Origin: an uncultured bacterium
GTDB lineage: Bacteria; UBP7; UBA6624
Length of the DNA: 21,324 bases
Assembly: GCA_964012435.1 (NCBI GenBank)
Contig: CAXGSM010000018.1
Location: 1-21,324, forward strand
Reading direction: 5' to 3'
The notes under the pieces are model-generated. The model saw only the letters and a program-made list of their open reading frames with translations. It was not told where the DNA came from and searched no databases. The position numbers and the translations under genes were made by a program. Shown one piece after another: positions 1 to 8,219 of the stretch (positions within the stretch are counted from its first letter, which is position 1; every line of letters starts with the position of its first letter).

Positions 1-55
1 ACAGGGCGGACCACCACAGGGCGGACCACCACAGGGCGGACCACCACAGGGCGGA
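1..55 (+). repeat. Perfect 15-bp tandem repeat CCACCACAGGGCGGA, 3 full copies plus 1 partial, cut by the window edge
   Basis: Directly visible. The unit is 5 codons (PPQGG) and is GC-rich against the AT-rich background. Confidence 0.95.
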
Positions 56-61
56 AGATAA
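2..61 (+). CDS. 3' end of a gene starting before the window, ending in a (PPQGG)n low-complexity tail
   Basis: Frame from position 2 reads QGGPPQGGPPQGGPPQGGR, with TAA at 59-61, followed by a T-rich intergenic stretch. Confidence 0.65.
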   Translation, partial: QGGPPQGGPPQGGPPQGGR

Positions 62-111
62 TTTTAATTTTTTTTTAATTTTTAATTATTTTTTTTTACA
101 ATACTTGACTT

Positions 112-753
112 ATGGTCAATCGCAATCATAAAAACGCATACCCTTTTAATTGTTATGCAAAATTAGGTTTAAAAGGAAAAGTTTTAAAATCAGAAATTGA
201 TAAAAGGTATAAGGTTTTATCTAAAGAAAATCATCCAGACTCTAAGCCAGCATCTGAAAAGAAAAAATACACAAGAAAGCAATCTGAAATTAATAAAGCT
301 TATCAGGTTTTAACACAAGATAGAAAAAATCATGATTGGTGGCTTTTGAATGTTAAAAAGGATCATTCCTTTTTCCCTAAACAACAGAAAAAAGAAACAA
401 AAACAAACCCAAAGTTTGATGAAAGCTATACAACAAAATCTAAAGAGGAAATAGAAATAGAACAAATAAAAAAGAAAGAAGCTAGAAAAAAAAGGGATGA
501 GCAGTATGAGGAATTTATCAAAAATGCTGAAAAAGAAAGGAAGGAAAAAATTCAAAAAGAAAGAAAGTTAGAAGAGCTTCTTTCTGAGAAAAGAAAAGCT
601 GTTATGTTCGAAAAAGAGCAAGAAGATTCCAGGTATCAAAAAAAGGAAAAAATAAAACAGAAAAAAATTGAAGTGTTTTTCACAAAAACTGTTATTTTCT
701 TCTATATTATTGTCGCAATGATTGTTTACTTCAATCAAATATCAAAAAATTAA
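112..753 (+). CDS. DnaJ/J-domain protein with a charged coiled-coil region and C-terminal transmembrane anchor
   Basis: J-domain pattern Y..LGL...EI..RY..LS...HPD...INKAY.VL; K/E-rich middle; hydrophobic VIFFYIIVAMIVYF near the C-terminus. Confidence 0.85.
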   Translation: MVNRNHKNAYPFNCYAKLGLKGKVLKSEIDKRYKVLSKENHPDSKPASEKKKYTRKQSEINKAYQVLTQDRKNHDWWLLNVKKDHSFFPKQQKKETKTNPKFDESYTTKSKEEIEIEQIKKKEARKKRDEQYEEFIKNAEKERKEKIQKERKLEELLSEKRKAVMFEKEQEDSRYQKKEKIKQKKIEVFFTKTVIFFYIIVAMIVYFNQISKN

Positions 754-774
754 TTTTTTTAAATTGCAAATTTA

Positions 775-1467
775 TTATTTTCCCTTCAAGAACACTTTTC
801 CATTCCATTTGAAACCGTCAAATTCAAACTTAATCATGTCTTCAAATTTGGTTATCATGTTGCGGCAAACAAACTGTACGAATTGCCCCTTGACCATCTT
901 TCCATTATGACCTGCAGCGACTTTTTTCCCATTTTTTACTACTGAGAAATCGATGTTTATGCAGTTTTCTGATTGTGTGTATGCTTTCTTGTGTATTTGC
1001 GGCAAAAGATCCACGACAAGGTTTTCTTTTTTGAGCTCTTCAGTAAGGGTTGAATTCCAGAATTTGTAGAGCTGTAAAACATTCATTTTCAATTTGTAGT
1101 TTGGAATGAGTGTCATTGGGGAAACTGACCCAAATAAGCCACTGAAGATTAGAAAATGCCTATCGAAAAATTCTTTTTGTTCGTTGTTGAATGACTGCCA
1201 GCTTATATTTGAGTAAACTGTTCCGGTATATCTTAAGATTGCAGGAGAACATGAACTGTTTTTTATTATTTTGTTCTGTTTATGAATTAAGGCTGATTTT
1301 TCTGGGCTTGTTCCATATGTTCTTTTGAAGTCTTCAGGTTTGAGCTTTGTGAGCTTTTCGATTATCTCATCAACCTTTTTGGAGTATTTGAAATCTGTTT
1401 TTTCAAAAACTATATCTGTTACATTTTCTTTAGATTTTCCTTCACTTGGGGGTATTAAAAATTTCAA
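775..1467 (-). CDS. yaaA: YaaA/DUF328 peroxide-stress family protein
   Basis: Motifs LIPPSEGK, PAILRYTGTVY, IFSGLFG..P...IPNYKLKM, KMVKG; TTG start preceded by GGAGAG. Confidence 0.85.
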   Translation of the reverse strand: MKFLIPPSEGKSKENVTDIVFEKTDFKYSKKVDEIIEKLTKLKPEDFKRTYGTSPEKSALIHKQNKIIKNSSCSPAILRYTGTVYSNISWQSFNNEQKEFFDRHFLIFSGLFGSVSPMTLIPNYKLKMNVLQLYKFWNSTLTEELKKENLVVDLLPQIHKKAYTQSENCINIDFSVVKNGKKVAAGHNGKMVKGQFVQFVCRNMITKFEDMIKFEFDGFKWNGKVFLKGK

Positions 1468-1484
1468 AATTTACTCTCCAGTTT

Positions 1485-2513
1485 TTATTTATTTCCAAAA
1501 AACCAGTCATTTTTTTTCATCAAGGAAAGGTTCTTAAAATCTTCTATTTCTCTTAGGCTTTTTAGGTCAGGGTCTGAATTCATCCATCCTATTATTGATT
1601 CATCTATGTTGATTGCTTTTCTGAGCATTTTTATAGATTCTTTAGGATTGCCTTGAAGTGCATATGAGCAGGCAGCATTGTAGGGATGTGATGCATCTTC
1701 TGGATACAATTGAACGAGATTTAAAAATATCTTCAAGGCCTCTTCAAATTTTCCTTCGTATGTTAAGTTGTATGCTTCGAATGTTAGAGCGATGGGTCTT
1801 CCAAGATCCAACAGTCTCTCGAGTTCTTTGAAAGGGTTTTTCGAATCGTCAACTCTCAGATCATATTTAACATCTGTATACCCTCCATATCCAGCCCCTT
1901 CTTTTTCAACCAGTAGTGCTGCTGATTGCATTCCCCTGCTATCTCCACCTTGCTCTTGTCCAGCAATCAATGCTGCAACAAGTCTTGCCGCAAAATCAAG
2001 GTGAGTATTTTTATGCATTGCTTGAGCCATTGCTTCAACAACCTTTTCGCTAGCTAATATGTTTCCTTGTGCTGCAAATGTGATTCCATCCTTTGTTGTT
2101 TCCACTGTTCCTCCAGCCCAAGCCATACATTCTCCTCCAGTATAGCTAAATCCGGTTCCGTCTGTTTTAACAAGACCGACTTGCCTCATTTCTGGATTGT
2201 CATCCGTTTCAATTAATATATTGAGAGTTTCTTCGGGAGACATGCCTTCTTCCATCATTTCTAAACCTCTTGGACCAAAAGTTGTATTTGCAAAAGACTG
2301 TGTTGCGATAGCTCCAACTCCTGCTTTAACCCATGGAACTACAACGCCGACTCCAAAGAATTTGCTCTGGACAGCAACTCCAACCTCTTTAGTTTCTGAA
2401 TGGTAAGCTGCGACTGAGAAGGTAGAAATGATTTTTTCATCACATGTTTCTGCATTCAGCTTCAAAGAGCTAAAAACAAAAAACAAAAGTATTATTTTTT
2501 TAATCTTCTTCAT
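1485..2513 (-). CDS. DUF1028 (Ntn-hydrolase-like) protein with signal peptide and C-terminal TPR region
   Basis: TFSVAA..GVAVQSKFFGVG..VPW..AGVGAIATQ, AQGNIL, GGDSRGMQSAAL, DLRVDD; TPR-like YNAACSYAL; GGAGAAGAAGG upstream of ATG. Confidence 0.9.
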   Translation of the reverse strand: MKKIKKIILLFFVFSSLKLNAETCDEKIISTFSVAAYHSETKEVGVAVQSKFFGVGVVVPWVKAGVGAIATQSFANTTFGPRGLEMMEEGMSPEETLNILIETDDNPEMRQVGLVKTDGTGFSYTGGECMAWAGGTVETTKDGITFAAQGNILASEKVVEAMAQAMHKNTHLDFAARLVAALIAGQEQGGDSRGMQSAALLVEKEGAGYGGYTDVKYDLRVDDSKNPFKELERLLDLGRPIALTFEAYNLTYEGKFEEALKIFLNLVQLYPEDASHPYNAACSYALQGNPKESIKMLRKAINIDESIIGWMNSDPDLKSLREIEDFKNLSLMKKNDWFFGNK

Positions 2514-2524
2514 CCTTCTTCTCC

Positions 2525-3631
2525 TTAAGGTGTCAACTTTGCAATTGTTCCCCAGTGTGAAATTAGGTATATTTCACCTTCTTTATCTTCAGCAAAAGAC
2601 GAGATGCTCCCTTTGAATAGTTTTCCATCTGGCCATGTTAATTCTAATTTTTGTTGATTTGATTGCTTGTGTGTGGTGTCGATTGCGGCCACCCATCCTT
2701 TAGCGTAATCTGCGAATATGTATTTTCCCTGGAGTTTTTTTATTCTCTTTCCCCTGTAAACATAACCTCCAGTTATTGAAGCCCCTATTGAACGATCGTA
2801 TATGTGAAAAGGGATATCCAAACCTTTTTTTATGCAATTTTTTGAAGGTTCATAACATGCTTCTCCTTCCATTATTTTCCAACCAAAATTAATACCTGCT
2901 TTATCAAAGGATGATTTATGAATTTCTTCCCATTTATTTTGCCCTACATCAGCAATCCATAAATCTTTTTCAGCTTTATCAAAAGAGAATCTCCAAGGGT
3001 TTCTTAGGCCCCAATGTAAGATTTCTTTTTTAGATTGATCTGTTTTGTAAAAAGGATTTTCTTTAGGGATTTCATATTTGATATTCTTGTTTGGGGTAGG
3101 TTTAATTCTGAGCATTTTTCCAAGGTAGCTTGATTTATTTTGAGCATAATTTCTTGGATCTCCACCTGCTCCTCCATCACCTGTACCTATATAGAGATAG
3201 TTGTCCGGTCCAAAGGTCATGTATCCTCCATTGTGGTTTGCCCAAGGTTGATCTATTTTTAGTAAAATTAATTCTCCTGAGGCTTTTGGTTTTTTTGTTT
3301 CTTCGTCTATTGGAAAAGCAGATATTATTGTTGCTCCATTTGATTTTGATGTGTAGTTAACAAAAATCCAATTTTCAGATTCTGTATTTTTTGGACCAAT
3401 GGCAATTGAGAGCAGGCCTTTTTCACCGCCACTGGAAACTTTGTCTCTTATGTCAAGCCATACCTCTCCAGGTTTTTTATTTTTTACAGTTCGAACAGTG
3501 CCTCTCTGCTCAACAATAAGCATCATTTCATCTTGCCAGGTTAAATGCACTGGATATTCGAAGTTTTCAGCTATTAGTTCTATATTGACTTTTGAAAGAA
3601 ATAAAGATAGGCAAAATATTAAAATATTCAT
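2525..3631 (-). CDS. PQQ-dependent glucose/sorbosone dehydrogenase family beta-propeller
   Basis: GEKGLL, NHNGG..FGPD.YLYIGTGDGG.GGDP..AQ..GKMLRI, GLRNPWRFSFD, ADVGQ..WEE, SITGGYVYRG. Confidence 0.92.
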   Translation of the reverse strand: MNILIFCLSLFLSKVNIELIAENFEYPVHLTWQDEMMLIVEQRGTVRTVKNKKPGEVWLDIRDKVSSGGEKGLLSIAIGPKNTESENWIFVNYTSKSNGATIISAFPIDEETKKPKASGELILLKIDQPWANHNGGYMTFGPDNYLYIGTGDGGAGGDPRNYAQNKSSYLGKMLRIKPTPNKNIKYEIPKENPFYKTDQSKKEILHWGLRNPWRFSFDKAEKDLWIADVGQNKWEEIHKSSFDKAGINFGWKIMEGEACYEPSKNCIKKGLDIPFHIYDRSIGASITGGYVYRGKRIKKLQGKYIFADYAKGWVAAIDTTHKQSNQQKLELTWPDGKLFKGSISSFAEDKEGEIYLISHWGTIAKLTP

Positions 3632-3655
3632 TACTGTTAGTGTAAACTTTTTTAA
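3632..3655. promoter_or_regulatory. Putative overlapping divergent -10 elements for leaderless transcripts
   Basis: Minus strand TACACT (3644-3639) lies 7 nt before the ATG at 3631; plus strand TAAACT (3643-3648) lies 7 nt before the ATG at 3656; no SD on either side. Confidence 0.55.
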
Positions 3656-4012
3656 ATGGATAATACTTTTTTTGTAATCATTATGGTTTTTGCTTGGGTT
3701 AATGTTTTGACTTTTGAAAAAAGGGCAAAAAAGTGTGTTATTGAAAGTAAATGGGCTAAATGGAAAGGGATACCTGTTTACAAGATCGGATGGTTTGCAT
3801 ATCCAGTTATTTTGTCTTTATGGGTGTCTTCAGATTATTACTTTCAAGACATGAAGGAATTTTTAAGATGGGGAATCTGTTTCGGCCTTTTTGTTTCAAG
3901 CAGCAGGCAGGCGTGGGGCTTGAGATGGTTGGACGATCCATGTACTGCTTGTCTTTCAGGCCATTTCTGTAACCTGCTTATAATTCTTCTTCTCGCCTTA
4001 AAGGTGTTTTGA
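3656..4012 (+). CDS. Vitamin K epoxide reductase (VKOR)-family membrane protein, short form
   Basis: C-VIESKWA...GIP...IG..AY pattern and C-terminal CTAC...H..N at the start of the last hydrophobic helix. Confidence 0.7.
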   Translation: MDNTFFVIIMVFAWVNVLTFEKRAKKCVIESKWAKWKGIPVYKIGWFAYPVILSLWVSSDYYFQDMKEFLRWGICFGLFVSSSRQAWGLRWLDDPCTACLSGHFCNLLIILLLALKVF

Positions 4013-4014
4013 TA

Positions 4015-4953
4015 ATGAGTAAATTTGAAATAAAGATAGCTCAACCGAGAGGTTTTTGTGCAGGTGTTGATAGAGCAATTGAAATTGTTGAGCAGGCATT
4101 AAAGATATTTGGATCGCCTATTTATGTTAGACATGAGATTGTTCACAACAAAAGAGTAGTTACAGATTTGAAAGAAAAAGGAACAATATTTATAGAAGAT
4201 ATTAATGATGTTCCAGATGATTCAATTTTGATATTTAGCGCTCATGGCACAGGCAAAGAATTGTTGAAAAAAGCAAGAAATAGAAAACTGAAAGTTATTG
4301 ATGCTGCTTGCCCTTTGGTTACGAAAGTTCATATGGAAGCAATAAAGTATTCAGAAAAAGGGTATTCGATTGTTTTAATTGGGCATGAAGGCCATATAGA
4401 GGTTGAGGGAACAATGGGGCAACTTCCTGAAGGTGAGATAACGCTAGTTGAGACAGTTCAGGATGTAGATAAGTTAGGTTTCCAGAATGATGAAAATGTT
4501 GCTGTTATAACTCAAACAACCTTAAGTGTTGATGATACTTTTTACATCATGGAAGCCTTAAAAAATAAATATAAAAATTTAATCAAACCAAAAGCAGATG
4601 ATATTTGTTATGCTACACAAAACAGACAGGATGCAGTTAAAGATCTTGCAAGTGAATGTGATTTGATTCTTGTTTTGGGTGCTAAGAACTCCAGTAATAG
4701 CAATAGGTTAAAGGAGTTAGGAGAAAAATGTGGGGTGCCTTCTTTCCTTATTGATGATGCATCACAATTTTGTCCTGAATGGATTGAGGATGTTGAATCT
4801 ATAGGCGTGACAGCTGGAGCATCTGCACCTCAGGTTTTGGTTGAAGAGTTGATAGAAACTTTAATCAAGCTTGGAGGTGATTTCCCAAAAGCGATTAAAG
4901 GTAAAGTGGAGAAAATCTCTTTTCCACTGCCTATTGAAATTAGAAATGTTTAG
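4015..4953 (+). CDS. ispH: 4-hydroxy-3-methylbut-2-enyl diphosphate reductase
   Basis: PRGFCAGVDRAI, EIVHN, FSAHG, DAACPLVTKVH, QTT, DICYATQNRQ, SSNS, GVTAGASAP. ATG at 4015 with AAGGTG upstream is preferred over the TTG at 4009. Confidence 0.97.
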   Translation: MSKFEIKIAQPRGFCAGVDRAIEIVEQALKIFGSPIYVRHEIVHNKRVVTDLKEKGTIFIEDINDVPDDSILIFSAHGTGKELLKKARNRKLKVIDAACPLVTKVHMEAIKYSEKGYSIVLIGHEGHIEVEGTMGQLPEGEITLVETVQDVDKLGFQNDENVAVITQTTLSVDDTFYIMEALKNKYKNLIKPKADDICYATQNRQDAVKDLASECDLILVLGAKNSSNSNRLKELGEKCGVPSFLIDDASQFCPEWIEDVESIGVTAGASAPQVLVEELIETLIKLGGDFPKAIKGKVEKISFPLPIEIRNV

Positions 4954-5333
4954 TTTATTTTTTTTATCTTTGTAATAAGTATTTGAATAGTTTCATCAAT
5001 GCTTTCTATATTTGTAGCTGGATCAGGAAGATTCCAATCTTCATGCTCTATCCCTTTAGGAATGACAGGACAGTTTTTTTCCATGCATCCCATTGTTATA
5101 ACTTTGTTCCATTTAGACAAACCCCCAACATCATCAATGCTTTTTGGAAAAGATCCAATTACACTAAAGCCTTTTTTTTGTAGGGATTTTTTTACTTCGG
5201 GATTTATTCTTTTTCCAGGTTTTGTTCCCGCACTACTTGCTTTTAATTCTGGTCTTATTTTTTTGCATATCGCTTCTGCTGCAATAGATCTTCCGGAATT
5301 ATGACCACACAAAAAAAGAATTTTTAAAGACAT
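4950..5333 (-). CDS. ArsC-like LMW phosphatase family protein (possible arsenate reductase)
   Basis: P-loop LFLCGHNSGRS, SAGT.P, ITMGC....CP, DW.LPDP. Confidence 0.8.
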   Translation of the reverse strand: MSLKILFLCGHNSGRSIAAEAICKKIRPELKASSAGTKPGKRINPEVKKSLQKKGFSVIGSFPKSIDDVGGLSKWNKVITMGCMEKNCPVIPKGIEHEDWNLPDPATNIESIDETIQILITKIKKIN

Positions 5334-5710
5334 TTGACTATTTCAGTTTTTTTTGGAGTTGAGTATATTATTGCTTTTTGTTTAAAAAGTATCCCTAATG
5401 CAACAATAATGTTTTTTTCTACATTTTCAACTGTAAAACTTTCTTCAAAATGTTTTGAATTGCCACATTTTGTTTTGTAATACTCAAGATCAAGTTCCAT
5501 TAGCTTTGATTCAAGAATACTGTTTGCTTTTTCATTTTTATCTTTATTTGTTTTTTTATTCAAGGGGTTCCATGCAGTGATTATTCCAAATGTTTTTTTG
5601 CTCAGGGTCCTGCATGCTCCTCGTTCATTCACCCTGAATGATACAAGTACATTTTTATCATTTTTTATCCAGTATTTACTTTCGTAATATTCTTTTGGTA
5701 CATTGTTCAT
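5324..5710 (-). CDS. DUF3293-like protein
   Basis: FGIITAWNP...N..AN..L...L, EESF, LG..F.Q.AI; ATGA overlap with the upstream symporter. Confidence 0.75.
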   Translation of the reverse strand: MNNVPKEYYESKYWIKNDKNVLVSFRVNERGACRTLSKKTFGIITAWNPLNKKTNKDKNEKANSILESKLMELDLEYYKTKCGNSKHFEESFTVENVEKNIIVALGILFKQKAIIYSTPKKTEIVKCL

Positions 5711-6894
5711 TTCAAAGATGAATCAACAACTGCAGCGCCGATCGAATCACCCCAGACATTGACAGCAGTTCTGAATCTATCTAAAAACCAATCAACACCA
5801 ATAATCAGCCCAACTCCCTCTAAGGGTAATCCGACAGCTGTAAGAACTAATGACATGGTTACAAGCCCTGCTTGTGGTATTCCTGCAGCACCAATGCTTG
5901 CAAGTGTTGCTGTGAGCGCTATGATGATTATCTGGCTGATGTCAAGATTCATGTTATACGCTTGTGCAATAAAAACAACAGCAACGGCTTCATAGAGAGC
6001 TGTTCCATCCATATTTATGGTTGCACCAAGTGGGAGAACAAATTTTCTTGTATTTTTGTTTACTTTTGCATTTTTAACACAGTCCATAGTGAGTGGCAAT
6101 GTTGCACTGCTGCTGCCTGTGGAAATTGCATTTAGTATTGCAGGGCTCATAGTTTTTGCATAATCAAGGATTTTTCTTTTTGTTCTAGTCAAAATGATAG
6201 GTAGCGTGATTGTCGAATGTATCAATAGCCCTAGAAGAACAACAATCATATACATCATTACAAAATTTAAAGACTCTAAACCCCTGGTTGCGATAGTGTT
6301 TCCAATAAGCGCAAATATTCCATATGGTGTTAAGTGAATTACCCACATGGTCATTTTTAGAACAGCTTCAAACATTGATTCAAAAAAATCAGCTGCAGGC
6401 TTGCCTTTTTCTCCTGTTATCCCTATCGAAAAGCCTAACAATAAAGAAAAAACTATTATTGAAAGTATTTTCCCATTCGATAATGCTGCAATAGGGTTTG
6501 TGGGAACAAAGGAATACAAAAGCTCCTTTATTGTTGTCCCATTTTTCACAACATCTGGTGTAGAAAGGTTGACTCCTTCTAGATTTAAGCCATTTCCAGG
6601 TTGAATTGTGGTTACTAAAATTAAACCTAAAACAACAGCAAAGAAAGTGGTTAAAAGATAGTACCCAAAAGTTTTTAAAGCCAACTTTTTTGCCTGATTT
6701 TTGCCACTTTTTATCGCATTTATAGAACCTGTCGTCATTGAAAAAAGAACAAGCGGTACTATTAACATTTTCAATAGTCTCATGAATATGTCTCCAATTG
6801 GAGCTATCGCTATAGAGAAATTAGGAAATTGCCAACCGAAGAGGATACCCAAAAGCATACCTAAACCGATTTTTTTTGTTAGTGATTTTTTCAT
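5707..6894 (-). CDS. Dicarboxylate/amino acid:cation (DAACS/GltP family) symporter
   Basis: GDIFMRLLKMLIVPLV, STGSSSATLP, PLGATINMDGTALY, ASIGAAGIP, DWFLDRFRTAVNVWGD. Confidence 0.95.
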   Translation of the reverse strand: MKKSLTKKIGLGMLLGILFGWQFPNFSIAIAPIGDIFMRLLKMLIVPLVLFSMTTGSINAIKSGKNQAKKLALKTFGYYLLTTFFAVVLGLILVTTIQPGNGLNLEGVNLSTPDVVKNGTTIKELLYSFVPTNPIAALSNGKILSIIVFSLLLGFSIGITGEKGKPAADFFESMFEAVLKMTMWVIHLTPYGIFALIGNTIATRGLESLNFVMMYMIVVLLGLLIHSTITLPIILTRTKRKILDYAKTMSPAILNAISTGSSSATLPLTMDCVKNAKVNKNTRKFVLPLGATINMDGTALYEAVAVVFIAQAYNMNLDISQIIIIALTATLASIGAAGIPQAGLVTMSLVLTAVGLPLEGVGLIIGVDWFLDRFRTAVNVWGDSIGAAVVDSSLK

Positions 6895-6935
6895 TGAATT
6901 AGAAATATGATTGTACTTACTACTTGCAGTATGTT

Positions 6936-7736
6936 ATGTTGAAGTTAAACAATTTTTATTTGATTCTTTTTACCTTTGCGTGTATTTTTATCGTTTTAGA
7001 TGATTTGAATAATTTTTTTATTGGTAATTTGCTAATGTTTGCATCTTTAGCATTGATTTATTTTTCTGCTAAAAAAGATTTTAAAAATTATTCTTTATTG
7101 GCAATTTCATTTTACATGGCTCATTATGCTGAAATTAATACCAATTTAGATTGGGCCAATATCTTTATTTTGACTTCTGTTTTTTTTCTTATGGTTTGGG
7201 TTCCGGCAAGATTTTCTTCTGGACTTATTAGTTTTGATTTTAGGTTTAAGAAATGGGATAAAGATCAATTTAAATGGTTTTTAACGACTGGTTTTTGTGC
7301 ATTGATTATCCTTTATTTTTATTTTAATGATGCTTTAACAGCTACAGGTTTGCCAATTCACCGTAGTTGGTCGATAGAGGGTGGAGCTGGCTTGCCTCTA
7401 GATTTTATAAATTTTGAAAAAAGTGTAGTTTTATTTTTTGCATGTATGCTTTTGGGGTGTTGGGATGAAATGTTTTTTGTCAATACGGTTTTAACTGTAT
7501 TTAAAAAATCAAATCCATTTTGGCTTGCTAACACCTGTCAGTCTTTGCTGTTTGCAGCTTTTCTTTATGAACTAGCTTTTCAGGATTGGGGGCCTTGGAT
7601 GATAATCTTTTTTGCTTTTATTCAAGGAAATATACTTAGGAAAACTCATGATTTAGTTTATGTAATATGCTTACATTTATTTGCAGACACAATTTTATTT
7701 GTCTACATATTGAATGGCCACTATTCTTTTCTTTAA
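6936..7736 (+). CDS. CPBP (type II CAAX protease-like) intramembrane metalloprotease with variant motifs
   Basis: Many TM segments; WDEMFF, FAAFLYEL, QG....KT..L, HLFAD. Start uncertain (ATG 6936 or TTG 6924). Confidence 0.7.
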   Translation: MLKLNNFYLILFTFACIFIVLDDLNNFFIGNLLMFASLALIYFSAKKDFKNYSLLAISFYMAHYAEINTNLDWANIFILTSVFFLMVWVPARFSSGLISFDFRFKKWDKDQFKWFLTTGFCALIILYFYFNDALTATGLPIHRSWSIEGGAGLPLDFINFEKSVVLFFACMLLGCWDEMFFVNTVLTVFKKSNPFWLANTCQSLLFAAFLYELAFQDWGPWMIIFFAFIQGNILRKTHDLVYVICLHLFADTILFVYILNGHYSFL

Positions 7737-8200
7737 TTTTTTTTTTCAAGATTGGAGATAAGGTTTTTAGTGCATTTGTAGACCAAATTAAAGACATATT
7801 CAAATCCATCAGATCCGCCATAATAGGGATCTGGAACATCAGGGTTTAAAGTTGAACCTGAAGAAAAGTTTTCAAAATCCCTCATCAGTCTTATTTTTTG
7901 TTTGCATTCATCAGATCTTGCAAGATTCATTAAATTGTTTTTGTTTTCTCTGTCCATGGCAATGATTAAATCAAATTTATAAAAATCACCAGATTCAATC
8001 TGCCTAGCTTTACTTTCAAGTTTTATATTATGTTTTTCTGCCGTTTCCCTCATTCTTTGATCAGGTAGGCTGCCAACATGCCAATTTCCCGTTCCGCAAG
8101 AGTCTGCTTCATTTTTCTTATTTTTTGAAAGATATTTAAAAATGCCTTCTGCCAATGGGGATCTACATATGTTTCCAAGACAAACGAATAATATTTTCAT
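7733..8200 (-). CDS. Low-molecular-weight protein-tyrosine phosphatase
   Basis: LFVCLGNICRSPLAEG, DS.GT..WHVG..PD.R, AMD..N, DVPDPYYG. Confidence 0.95.
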   Translation of the reverse strand: MKILFVCLGNICRSPLAEGIFKYLSKNKKNEADSCGTGNWHVGSLPDQRMRETAEKHNIKLESKARQIESGDFYKFDLIIAMDRENKNNLMNLARSDECKQKIRLMRDFENFSSGSTLNPDVPDPYYGGSDGFEYVFNLVYKCTKNLISNLEKKN

Positions 8201-8219
8201 TATAGAATAATAGTTAGCT

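Noticed and set aside
1..55. 15-bp repeats as a CRISPR array or iterons
   Set aside because: The units are contiguous with no spacers, and they read as an in-frame coding repeat ending at a stop codon.
4950..5333. Arsenic-resistance operon
   Set aside because: Only a lone ArsC-like gene is present, with no arsR, arsB or acr3 nearby, so no symbol was assigned.
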